Part shown: piece after piece, positions 55,152 to 64,000 of the stretch
Numbering within the stretch: position 1 is the first letter of the stretch
Layout: each line of letters begins with the position of its first letter
Source of the DNA: an uncultured Candidatus Micrarchaeota archaeon
Lineage (GTDB): Archaea; Micrarchaeota; Micrarchaeia; Burarchaeales; Fermentimicrarchaeaceae
DNA: 64,000 bases
Direction: 5' to 3'
Assembly: GCA_963760615.1 (NCBI GenBank)
Contig: CAVXDX010000012.1
Span: 8,308 to 72,307 of the forward strand
The notes under the pieces: generated by a model
Database searches by the model: none
What the model was told of the DNA's origin: nothing
The model's input: the letters and a program-made list of their open reading frames with translations, nothing else
Made by a program: the position numbers and the translations under genes

Positions 55152-56021
55152 TTGAAGCGCAAAAAGGATGGCAGTGAGGTTCTGGGGCTGGTATTTCACA
55201 TATGCTTCTTCCTAGTTTCTGTATATCTATTGCTGGTGCTACTCTCTCCGCTGCTCATCCAGTCAGACAACAGAATTCTCCTTGGGATGGGCGCAGTGAG
55301 CTACATCTCCAATGTTTTGATGTGCCACCAACTCCCAGAGAGGAGCTTTGAGCTCTTCGGGCAGTACATGCCAATATGCTCAAGGGATATAGGTCTTTTC
55401 CTCGGGGTGTTTGTAGCATGCATCGTATCATTTGCCAGCAAGCTTCCAAACTTCCTGAAAAGCAGCTGGCTCGCCATCCTAAGCGTAGTTCCTCTCGGCA
55501 TTGACGGAGTGATGCAGCTCCTCGGCTTCTGGGAGAGCACAAACGAAATTAGACTCGCAACCGGGCTCCTTGCAGGCTTCTGCATCTCTTACTATGCAAT
55601 AAAAGTTTTCATTGGCCAGCCCACGTGGGATAGGGGCGCATTCACCGCACTACTGCTGCTCCTGCCTTTCCTTGCCATTCTGCTTGGAGCATCAATCTAT
55701 ATTGGGGGCAACTACCGAACAAAAGCGGAAATATTATCTAGAGCAAAAGCAATAAATAACGCTACGGACATAAATATATTCTACATCGCGCCGAGAGCTT
55801 TCAGCTCCAGCATAGCCAGGGATGAGTACCTGAGAGGGTACAACGACACTGTGCTGGGCGATGTTGCAAGGATGAGAGGCGGCTCAAACCCGCAAGGGGT
55901 GTGGGTTGCAGTTGCTTCAAGCACCAGCAGTAACGGGAGGTATGTTTTCGCATCTGGGAACGGAAGCAATTATTTTTATGATGCTATGAGTGGGGAGCTC
56001 ATAGCAGAATTTGAACATTGA
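55152..56021 (+). CDS. DUF2085-like membrane protein with C-terminal soluble domain
   Basis: CHQLPERSF....MPICSRD.G, DGVMQ..ESTNEIRLATG. Confidence 0.8.
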   Translation: MKRKKDGSEVLGLVFHICFFLVSVYLLLVLLSPLLIQSDNRILLGMGAVSYISNVLMCHQLPERSFELFGQYMPICSRDIGLFLGVFVACIVSFASKLPNFLKSSWLAILSVVPLGIDGVMQLLGFWESTNEIRLATGLLAGFCISYYAIKVFIGQPTWDRGAFTALLLLLPFLAILLGASIYIGGNYRTKAEILSRAKAINNATDINIFYIAPRAFSSSIARDEYLRGYNDTVLGDVARMRGGSNPQGVWVAVASSTSSNGRYVFASGNGSNYFYDAMSGELIAEFEH

Positions 56022-56030
56022 GGTGAAAAT

Positions 56031-57653
56031 ATGAAGTATAAGAAGGGAACACATGAGAAACATGTTAAGCACGCAGCTAAGGAGATGCCTGTTGAACAGA
56101 CCGCTCCAAAGAGTATGTTTGGGGAGCCTGTGACACTTGCATTGATTCTGGTTATAGTGGCATTGCTGTTGTACATAGGCTACAATGACTGGAGTAAACA
56201 ACAAATACCCCCTGGCGGAAACAATACGGGCATCACGAATCAGACCCAACTCTCCAGGAAGGCAAATGTCACGCTTGAGCTCTTCGTAATGAGCAAATGC
56301 CCATACGGAGTACAGGCTGAGAGCACTGCGAAGAAAGTTATTGATGAGTTTGGCGGTGAGGTAAACCTTAGCCTGCACTTCATTGCAAGCAAGAATGCGG
56401 ATGGGACATTCTCAAGTCTGCATGGAGACACTGAGGTGCAGGAGGATTTGAGGCAGGTCTGCATAATCAAGTACTACCCAGACAGCATTGTCAATTATAC
56501 CGCATGCGTCGCCAATGGATACCCGAATATTGAGAATGTTTGGGAGAGCTGCGCATCGCAGAATGGCATTGATGCGAGTAAAATAAAAAGTTGCAGCACC
56601 AGCAATGAGGCGCTGGGGTTGCTTGGGGATAACATAAAGAGAACGGACGAGCTGAATGTCCAATCCTCTCCAACAATCTACCTCAACGGCAAGCTGTATA
56701 ACGGCGCCGCAAGCGAGGGGTCGCTCACCAAGGGCGTATGCACGGTTATACCAGGAAGCAACACATGCAAGAACCTTCCGCCCGAAGTTGCAGTGGGGCT
56801 TACTATTGTGAATGATAAAAACTGCATTGTCTGCGACACAAGTCAGATAGTTGGAGTGCTTCAGAGCAGATTTGAGATGAGCAATCTAACAGTTACAAAT
56901 GTGGATTACTCAAGCGATGAGGGAAAGGCATTGGTGCAGCAATTCAACCTCACAGGTGTCCCCGCCTATATTTTCAATGCCTCCATTGCAAGTCATAGCA
57001 GTTACAGCAGCCTGAGCCAGTACTTGCACAATGTGGACTCTTCATATGTCCTCCTGGTGCAACCCGTCAAGCTTGTGAACGTGGTTGAGAGCAACAACAC
57101 CCTCTCGCTATTCGTAATGAGCTGGTGTCCTTACGGCAATCTTGCGGAGAACGCAACGAAGGAGCTGCTCAGCGCAATACCAGATTTGAAGTTCACTGGC
57201 CTGTACTTCATTGCAAGCGAGAGCGGCAACGGGACCTTCACGAGCCTGCACGGGCAGGGTGAGGTTGAGGAGGATTTGAGGCAGGTCTGCGTGATTAAGT
57301 ACTACAACAGCAAGCTGTTCGACTACCTGATGTGCATAGATGTATCCTCAACTAATTCGGCAAGCATCTGGCAGAAATGCGCCACAGACAATGGCATTGA
57401 TGCAGCGAAGATTGGAAACTGCTCCACCAGTGACGAGGGTGTTGCTCTCCTAAAGGACAACATAAAGCTCTCAAACTCCATGGGCATCTACTCCTCGCCA
57501 ACGCTGATACTGAACAACAGCACCATATTCAACTCGGTATCTGCGGAGCAGATGAGGCAGGTGGTGTGCGGCTACAACCCAGCTTTAACGGGCTGCAACA
57601 AGACGTTGAGCGGCCAAGGGAATACAGCGACCCCAAGCGCTGGTTGCGGCTAG
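56031..57653 (+). CDS. Membrane-anchored protein with tandem GILT/thioredoxin-like domains
   Basis: Two repeats FVMS(K/W)CPYG...SLHG..EV.EDLRQVC.IKYY...SSPT; N-terminal TM. Confidence 0.72.
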   Translation: MKYKKGTHEKHVKHAAKEMPVEQTAPKSMFGEPVTLALILVIVALLLYIGYNDWSKQQIPPGGNNTGITNQTQLSRKANVTLELFVMSKCPYGVQAESTAKKVIDEFGGEVNLSLHFIASKNADGTFSSLHGDTEVQEDLRQVCIIKYYPDSIVNYTACVANGYPNIENVWESCASQNGIDASKIKSCSTSNEALGLLGDNIKRTDELNVQSSPTIYLNGKLYNGAASEGSLTKGVCTVIPGSNTCKNLPPEVAVGLTIVNDKNCIVCDTSQIVGVLQSRFEMSNLTVTNVDYSSDEGKALVQQFNLTGVPAYIFNASIASHSSYSSLSQYLHNVDSSYVLLVQPVKLVNVVESNNTLSLFVMSWCPYGNLAENATKELLSAIPDLKFTGLYFIASESGNGTFTSLHGQGEVEEDLRQVCVIKYYNSKLFDYLMCIDVSSTNSASIWQKCATDNGIDAAKIGNCSTSDEGVALLKDNIKLSNSMGIYSSPTLILNNSTIFNSVSAEQMRQVVCGYNPALTGCNKTLSGQGNTATPSAGCG

Positions 57654-58472
57654 TCAGTCTATTGCCTCCTCAATCTCGCTATCTACTTTTATTTTTTTAT
57701 TGAACTTCTCCAGAGTGAGCTTTGCTGCCTTCACGCCGCTTATGAGCATCGCTCCGTACAGCGGGCCCATTCTAGGCAGACCGCCAATTGAGTTGGAAGC
57801 CATCCCGCAGACAATCAATCCCGGGTAGACTTCCCTCGTATTCTTTATTGTTGCCTTCTCAGCTTCCGCAGCCCACATGGAACCCTCCTTGGGGAATGGA
57901 ATCTGTAGGTTGAGCTTCTCCCTCGCAATCCTCGCAACCTCCGCTCTGTGTCCAGTTGCATCTATGACCACCTTTGATTTCAGGGCAAGCGGGTCGACGC
58001 ATGTTATGAAGTCTGGAAGCATGCTCACTGCATGCCAGTTCACCACGACTCCGTTTATGCCGTTCTCCCTGTATATTACATCCTTCACTTCCATCGAATT
58101 GAAACACTTGGCTCCTGCATCAAGGGCCGCCGCCAGCAACTTAAGTGAAACATGGGGCGAATCACTGACATAGACTCCTTTCTCATACTCCTCCATCTTA
58201 AAGCCGGTTTCCTCAACAAGCTTATGCGCTGGAGCTTCCACAACCATCTTGGGGAAGAGCATTCCTCCCTGCCACATCCCTCCACCCATCATTATGTTCC
58301 TCTCAATAATGAGCGTCTTCAAACCTCCTTTTGCAAGGTACCTTGCAGCGGTGATTCCGGCGGGACCGGAGCCAACAACTATCACATCGGATTCAACATA
58401 TTTCAGAAAATCCTTCATGAATTCTCCAGCAATAGCTCGAGTTATCGTGGACTCGTCTACTTCTTTCATCAC
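57654..58472 (-). CDS. thi4: Thi4 family thiazole synthase
   Basis: VGSGPAG, GGGMWQGG, CVDP, DATGH, RMGPLYGAM..SG. Confidence 0.92.
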   Translation of the reverse strand: MMKEVDESTITRAIAGEFMKDFLKYVESDVIVVGSGPAGITAARYLAKGGLKTLIIERNIMMGGGMWQGGMLFPKMVVEAPAHKLVEETGFKMEEYEKGVYVSDSPHVSLKLLAAALDAGAKCFNSMEVKDVIYRENGINGVVVNWHAVSMLPDFITCVDPLALKSKVVIDATGHRAEVARIAREKLNLQIPFPKEGSMWAAEAEKATIKNTREVYPGLIVCGMASNSIGGLPRMGPLYGAMLISGVKAAKLTLEKFNKKIKVDSEIEEAID

Positions 58473-58494
58473 AGTCTCACCTCCAATGAGAACT

Positions 58495-58674
58495 CTATAA
58501 GCTTATCGCGTGCACAGGGCAGTTGTCAGCTGCCGCCTTACAATCGCATTTCTTGCATCCCTTTGGGTTGTATGCTTCGGACTTGCCATCGCTGCCAATT
58601 CGGAATACATCTGGGCAAAGCGAGACGCAAGCTCCGCAGCCTATGCATGTTTCCTTGTCAACTTTCACTGCCAT
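58495..58674 (-). CDS. Single-cluster ferredoxin
   Basis: CIGCGACVSLCPDVF...AADNCPVHAI; SD GGAGGT. Confidence 0.9.
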   Translation of the reverse strand: MAVKVDKETCIGCGACVSLCPDVFRIGSDGKSEAYNPKGCKKCDCKAAADNCPVHAISL

Positions 58675-58771
58675 CGGATTACCTCCATATTTAAATATAA
58701 CTGAGTTATATATATCTGACAATATTTCTTATGGATGAATGTTTTTAAAAGGATTGGTGGGAAGTGAGCTT

Positions 58772-59962
58772 ATGAAAAGAATATATCTGGACCATTCGGC
58801 AACGAGTCCGCTTGACAAGGATGTTTTTGAAGAGATGAAGCCCTACTTCAGCTTGAAGTTCGGCAACGCGTCAAGCCTCCACTCATTTGGGAGGGAAGCA
58901 TACGAAGCGGTTGAGCAAGGGAGGGAGAGAGTTGCAAAAGTTCTGAACTGCAAGCCAGGTGAGGTTTTCTTCACATCAGGCGGCACGGAGGCTGATAACT
59001 GGGCACTGAAGGGTGCTGCTCTGGCAAGCAGAGGTAGGGGAAAGCACATCATCACAAGCTCCATAGAGCACCACGCAGTGCTGCACACCTGCCAGTACCT
59101 GGAAAAGAATGGCTATGCGATTACCTACCTCCCTGTTGATAGGTATGGAGCTGTGAAACCTGACGATGTGGAGAGTGCAATAAGGAAAGATACGTTCATC
59201 ATTTCAGTGATGCATGCAAATAATGAGATAGGCACTATTGAGCCCATCGAGGAAATAGGCAAATTCGCCAAGGAAAAAGGAGTGTATTTCCACACTGACG
59301 GGGTTCAGAGCTTCTGCAAGATTCCCACTGATGTGAATAAGCTCAATGTTGATATGCTCTCAATTTCTGCCCACAAATTTTATGGACCGAAAGGAATTGG
59401 CGCTCTTTACATAAGGGAAGGAACGAAAATAGAGCCGCTGCTGCACGGAGGGGGGCATGAGAGGGGCATGCGCTCCGGCACTGAGAATGTGCCTGGTATT
59501 GTTGGGCTTGGAGCAGCTGCCGAGCTTGGCCTGAAGAGAATGGAGAGGGATGCAGAGAAGATGACTGCTCTACGGGACAGGCTGATAAAGGAGACTCTGA
59601 AAATAAAGGACTCCTGGCTCAACGGCCACCCAGTGAAGAGACTGCCGAATAATGCTCACTTCTGCTTTGGTTTAATTGAGGGGGAGTCGCTCATACTTTA
59701 TTTGGATGAGAAGGACATAGCGGCCTCAACTGGCTCTGCATGCTCTTCCAAGTCATTGGAGCCGAGCCATGTCCTGCTGAGGATCGGCCTGAAGCACGAG
59801 GAGGCCCATGGTTCTCTAAGAATCACGCTGGGAAGGGAGAACACAAAAGAAGAAATGGATTATGTGCTCAAAGTTCTGCCCGAGCAAGTTGAGAGGCTTA
59901 GAGCCATCTCACCATTCAAAACAAAAAAAGAATTGTCCTCTTTCAAATCAACAGAGGAATAG
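58772..59962 (+). CDS. iscS: Cysteine desulfurase
   Basis: YLDHSATS, GNASSLH, FTSGGTE, HTDGVQ, SAHKFYGPKG, STGSACSS. Confidence 0.95.
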   Translation: MKRIYLDHSATSPLDKDVFEEMKPYFSLKFGNASSLHSFGREAYEAVEQGRERVAKVLNCKPGEVFFTSGGTEADNWALKGAALASRGRGKHIITSSIEHHAVLHTCQYLEKNGYAITYLPVDRYGAVKPDDVESAIRKDTFIISVMHANNEIGTIEPIEEIGKFAKEKGVYFHTDGVQSFCKIPTDVNKLNVDMLSISAHKFYGPKGIGALYIREGTKIEPLLHGGGHERGMRSGTENVPGIVGLGAAAELGLKRMERDAEKMTALRDRLIKETLKIKDSWLNGHPVKRLPNNAHFCFGLIEGESLILYLDEKDIAASTGSACSSKSLEPSHVLLRIGLKHEEAHGSLRITLGRENTKEEMDYVLKVLPEQVERLRAISPFKTKKELSSFKSTEE

Positions 59963-60004
59963 ATTTAACGTTACTATTATATTCCCAATTAGTGAATACC
60001 CTTT

Positions 60005-61219
60005 ATGCGAAATTCATTTCTTGTGCTGTTTGTAGCTGTCATCGTACTGATGGGTTGCTGCAACCTCACGCTGCCAGCTAGCAACGAAACACAGAATACT
60101 CTGCCTTCTTACACCTGCCCGGATGGAGCAGTGGTTACATACTCTTCCGAGTGCCAGCCTAAGATGGTGCAATGCCCTGACGGAAGCAAAGCCACAAGCC
60201 TTTCCAAATGCCCGCCCATGGAGTTGACTAAGCCAGGCAGGTACATATGCAATGAATGGTCGAATTACGCTCCATGCGATACATACCTTCAGGTTTACTG
60301 CGACAAGTTCTCCCCAACTGACTTGACTGTGAGGGAAGCAGCTTCGGCGGCTATCTCAAACAATCCCGGTGCATTTTCAATAAACCAGCTGCTTGACATC
60401 TATGACTGGGTTCACACAAATGTGTTCTACCAGAATGTGCCCGTGAATTTCACCTACCAACCCTATTACCCAAATGAGACGATTAAAATAGGGTCAGGAG
60501 ACTGCAAGAATCAAGCTGTGGTCATTGCATCCATGGTTGAGGCAATAGGTGGCACGGCGCGCGTTCTTATCATCCCGGACTGCCAGCATGCTTTTTCGGA
60601 AGTTTATGCGGGGAACATAAGCAACAAAGATATAATTGAGAATGCCGTGTGGGCTCACTACCCCAGGGCTTCCGGCAAGGATATAACGTGGGACAGCTAC
60701 TCCGGGGAGAGGAACGGAACAGAGGCCTGGTTCATTTTCGACACTGCAGGCGGAGAGTTTCCCGGCCAGACTATTGAGGACTGCTACAATGCATCGCAGG
60801 TTTTCTTTATCTACGACTGCGCGAATTTGAGTAAGCATGCGCCTGCTTCCCAGGGAACGGCATACGGGCCGAAGGTGATTATAGATGATACGGACATAAT
60901 ACGGGCCGGCGGGTGGTGGCTTTATCATTCCGTGAACCCTGCGGACAAGATTCCCAGCCAGTATAAGTGGTGCCATTATGACGTGGATGTGGAATCGCTT
61001 TCAGGGCCAATGGATTGGTATGTCACGGATCAAACTGGGTACAACAACTACAAGAGCGGCGCGAGCTTCCGCTACTACTATGGTGAAGAGCAGGTGCAGG
61101 GAGGGACTTACCAGCTCGACTGGACGCTGCCTAGCAAATTCTATATTCTGACTATGAACAACGGCAGAAATTCAATAACAGTGAAAACGCATGTAAACGA
61201 GACATGCTACAAAGGCTGA
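60005..61219 (+). CDS. Transglutaminase-like exported lipoprotein
   Basis: LMGC lipobox; GDCKNQA...HAFSEV...FDTA Cys-His-Asp triad. Confidence 0.75.
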   Translation: MRNSFLVLFVAVIVLMGCCNLTLPASNETQNTLPSYTCPDGAVVTYSSECQPKMVQCPDGSKATSLSKCPPMELTKPGRYICNEWSNYAPCDTYLQVYCDKFSPTDLTVREAASAAISNNPGAFSINQLLDIYDWVHTNVFYQNVPVNFTYQPYYPNETIKIGSGDCKNQAVVIASMVEAIGGTARVLIIPDCQHAFSEVYAGNISNKDIIENAVWAHYPRASGKDITWDSYSGERNGTEAWFIFDTAGGEFPGQTIEDCYNASQVFFIYDCANLSKHAPASQGTAYGPKVIIDDTDIIRAGGWWLYHSVNPADKIPSQYKWCHYDVDVESLSGPMDWYVTDQTGYNNYKSGASFRYYYGEEQVQGGTYQLDWTLPSKFYILTMNNGRNSITVKTHVNETCYKG

Positions 61220-61269
61220 TTCTGCAAAGGTATTTATTCAGTATCATCCAATTATAACAGGGTTATATT

Positions 61270-61650
61270 ATGTATTCCGAGAAGCTGATGAAACTGTTCA
61301 GGAAGCCGCACAACTTCGGCAAGATAAAGAATCCAGATGCGGTTGGGAAGGTCGGGAATCCAGTGTGCGGTGATGTGATGTATTTATACCTGAAAATTAA
61401 GGACAACCGAATAAAGGATGTGAAGTTTGAGACCTTCGGCTGCGCTGCTGCCATTGGGACGAGCAGCATCATCACAGACATGATTAAGGGAAAGACAATT
61501 GAGGAGGCATTGAAAGTCAGCAAAGAAGATATTGCCAGCGAGCTCGGCGGGCTGCCACCGATAAAGATGCACTGCTCTGTACTTGCAACAGAGGCGTTGA
61601 AGAAAGCTGTTGAGGATTACAGAATAAAAGAGAGGGGAAAGAAGAAGTAA
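61270..61650 (+). CDS. iscU: Fe-S scaffold IscU/NifU
   Basis: GNPVCGD, FGCAAAI, LPPIKMHCS. Confidence 0.95.
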   Translation: MYSEKLMKLFRKPHNFGKIKNPDAVGKVGNPVCGDVMYLYLKIKDNRIKDVKFETFGCAAAIGTSSIITDMIKGKTIEEALKVSKEDIASELGGLPPIKMHCSVLATEALKKAVEDYRIKERGKKK

Positions 61651-61723
61651 ACTGCAGGCACATAATTCTAATTCTGTTAAGTATGTTTAAATATTCAAAA
61701 TGAGCAAGTTATACGTTGGTAAT

Positions 61724-63079
61724 ATGGACTTCCATAAGCTGCTACACAGGAAAGCAGAGGAACAAAGGACATCAGAGGAGGCAAAGCCTGCTTTTGAAGT
61801 AATTCCACCTCTCAAATCAACTTCCGAAATGCCTGCAAGACTCTTGGAGCAGAAAGTCGGCAGAATTCATGGGAGTCTGGTTTATTTTAATGATGAAATG
61901 TTCCCGCATCTCGCGGGCTCAAAGGTTGACTTGGCAAACCAGTTCTGCGTCTTTGCAGACCGTGCCGGGGCTTTGAGCGATGGCAGAACCAAGGCTTACA
62001 GCAACTTCGAAAATCTTGTCATGCCCTGTAATATAACAGACAATGAGGGGCGCACCTGGCATTTTGCAGAAATTCTTGGGGGAGGACTGCCCACGGACTC
62101 TGTTTACGGAACCCGCACCTCAGTGTGCACTGGTCCTGGAGACAACAACCCTATACACTATGTCGGGGAAGGCAGTGAAACCTGGGGCCTGTTTGATAGA
62201 AGGGAGGCCGAGGCGGACAGGGATTTCAGCCTTAAAGTGCTCGGAAGAGGGGGGCATACATCAATACCATTCATGATGCTGGAACCTGACAAGATTATAA
62301 CTGAAAGCGGAGAGCTGAGACCCATAAAAGAGCTGCAAGGAGAGGGCAAAGTTTCAAAAACCATTGAGTACAGAGATGAGACGACTTCCTATCAACCCGT
62401 GGTATACGTCAGGCTGTCCTCGGAAGTCAGGCGGGTTTTTGATGCGGAGAAAAGCGATTTTGAGGAAATCACAAAGAAGAATGGAATTAGCATTGAAGCG
62501 TTCAGGCGTCAGTTAACAGAAAGGGCAGCTAAGACTCTCGCTATAATGCATGATTTTGGCGTGGTTAAGCCAACTATATGGCACGGTATCACTCTTGACG
62601 GCAGCATTGTTGACCATCACTACAATATTAAACCGGATAGAATCTGGGGGGCTGCTAAAGATGTCGTAGAAGCTGTTCAAACAATATGCAAGGCGATGCC
62701 CATACTCGATGAGAAGTATGCCGATAGCCAGTTCCAAGCCGGTCTTTTGCTTTCGGACGAAAACTTGAGCATCAAGAGCCGCAATAATATAGAGAGCCAG
62801 GTGAGGGACATAACATCGCTTTTCCTGAAGGAATATCTAGCCAGTCGCAAGAACCTTTCAGAGAGCGAGCGGCTGAAGATGCTAAAGGAATTCAACAGTA
62901 AAAAGATTGAATTCACCGGCTTGGATATAGAAATTATAGGGACAGTGGAATTCGTAGATAAGCCGAAACCCAGACGAGGCAGTTTAAACGAAAAAGCTTT
63001 AGAGGCACCCTCGGGTGAGACAGGCGCTCAGGAATCAAAGAAAGCCGAGGGTGAAGAGAAGAAAAAGGCGAAGAAATAA
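61724..63079 (+). CDS. Orphan protein with degenerate SelO/YdiU-like kinase fold
   Basis: NQFCVFADRAGALSDGR, VYVRLS..VRR, RAAKTLAIMHDFG...ITLDGSIVD; start moved to ATG 61724 by TATA geometry. Confidence 0.55.
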   Translation: MDFHKLLHRKAEEQRTSEEAKPAFEVIPPLKSTSEMPARLLEQKVGRIHGSLVYFNDEMFPHLAGSKVDLANQFCVFADRAGALSDGRTKAYSNFENLVMPCNITDNEGRTWHFAEILGGGLPTDSVYGTRTSVCTGPGDNNPIHYVGEGSETWGLFDRREAEADRDFSLKVLGRGGHTSIPFMMLEPDKIITESGELRPIKELQGEGKVSKTIEYRDETTSYQPVVYVRLSSEVRRVFDAEKSDFEEITKKNGISIEAFRRQLTERAAKTLAIMHDFGVVKPTIWHGITLDGSIVDHHYNIKPDRIWGAAKDVVEAVQTICKAMPILDEKYADSQFQAGLLLSDENLSIKSRNNIESQVRDITSLFLKEYLASRKNLSESERLKMLKEFNSKKIEFTGLDIEIIGTVEFVDKPKPRRGSLNEKALEAPSGETGAQESKKAEGEEKKKAKK

Positions 63080-63248
63080 GCAAGGGGAGATTAGAAGGGA
63101 CCGGGAGGTTCCTCTTGTAAAACACCATAAAACCAGTAAAATTCGCTTTTTGAGATTTTCAGTTGTAATAAATACCTCTCACTAAGCTTCTGCATCATGC
63201 AGTATGTATTCTCCTGAGAGGTTCAAAAATAAGGAAAAAGAAAAAAAA

Positions 63249-63944
63249 CTAGGTGTAGCTCACAAGTTCCATCGTTGAGGCGCCGTTGTCGTATGCTATC
63301 TTCACAGGCAATGGAACGCCAGTTGCTACCCAGAATGTCGCCCCTTCGAGAGAATACTTGCTGCAACTGAAAGTCCCTGCAGGCACTGTTACGCTCTCGA
63401 TTCCGATATATGTCAGCTGCGGGGTCTCCGTTCCTGAAGCCGAATTCGGTCCTGTGGTCGGGCACGGGGTTTGCTGCTCGATTGTCTGACCATTGTATGT
63501 CATTACACTCATAATCTCCAGGCACTTGTATGTCACCTTGTCCAACCATGTCTTTGAAGTCACCACTGTGCCCTGCACTGTTATATCAGTCTGCTGCAGC
63601 CATGCTGCGGTCCCGTTGACAGTGTCTGATGAGATAGTTGTGCTCAGGTTCGTGGCTGTTCCAGATGCGATGAGTTCATATGTAAAGCTGTGCAGTGTTC
63701 CGTATTGGTATATACTACTCAGGTCAACAGTTGTTGGCTGGGCAGGCGGTGGCGAAGGCGGGGTTTGGTTTTGCGGGGCAGGCGGAGGCGGAGTTTGGTT
63801 TAGCTGCGGGCTTGGGGTTTGGTTCTGCGGGGGCGTGGTTCCTGGACCTGGCGTGGGGCCCTGCGAAGGCGGCTGCTGTTGCGCGCAACCCATTACGAGA
63901 ATTGCACTCACAAAAAGAATCAAAAACAATGTTTCCATCTTCAA
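63249..63944 (-). CDS. Lipoprotein with Pro/Gln-rich linker
   Basis: LVMGC lipobox, PPPPAPQNQTPPSPPP linker, ESVTVPAGTFSC motif. Confidence 0.75.
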   Translation of the reverse strand: MKMETLFLILFVSAILVMGCAQQQPPSQGPTPGPGTTPPQNQTPSPQLNQTPPPPAPQNQTPPSPPPAQPTTVDLSSIYQYGTLHSFTYELIASGTATNLSTTISSDTVNGTAAWLQQTDITVQGTVVTSKTWLDKVTYKCLEIMSVMTYNGQTIEQQTPCPTTGPNSASGTETPQLTYIGIESVTVPAGTFSCSKYSLEGATFWVATGVPLPVKIAYDNGASTMELVSYT

Positions 63945-64000
63945 AACATCACCTCTTATGTTTCAGCGAGATGCGAGTTTATAATACTGAGCTTAGATCT

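Overview
Archaeal chromosome segment, most likely DPANN/Micrarchaeota (inferred from the epsilon2-sized tRNA splicing endonuclease, class III signal-peptide pilin-like genes, compact overlapping genes and GGTGA-type Shine-Dalgarno sites). Most of the window is housekeeping: speB, ADP-dependent sugar kinase, glnA, Lon-like ATPase, dnaG, hjc, ECF transporter, hef, PPS, pyrC, rpoK, GGR, beta-CASP nuclease, RecJ, rnhB, endA, taw1, nadK, dph5, cysS, ahcY, thi4, iscS/iscU and six tRNAs (Gly, Gly, Phe, Val, intron-containing Met, Cys). A variable region (~19.5-28.9 kb) surrounds the RNase P RNA gene (rnpB, 25268-25509, type-M-like). Best leads: (1) a perfect 47-bp duplication of the rnpB 3' end and a second repeated ~20-bp element frame tandem cassette-like units carrying a membrane protein, an MqsRA-like TA pair and a nucleotidyltransferase, with no integrase in the window; (2) a ~270-nt multi-helix structured RNA candidate of no family I recognise; (3) orphan genes sharing a TATA-N7-AGGCATAATTT promoter element and a TGTAAC-N4-GTTACA palindrome; (4) rnhB and a beta-CASP nuclease appear to start at ATA and ACG behind correctly spaced SD sites; (5) a 1377-aa pilin-headed cysteine-repeat protein; (6) a VIT-vWA-TM-ArsR fusion; (7) a degenerate SelO-like kinase-fold protein. 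No CRISPR array, rRNA, transposase or integrase was found. All family assignments are from motif recognition by eye, not database searches.
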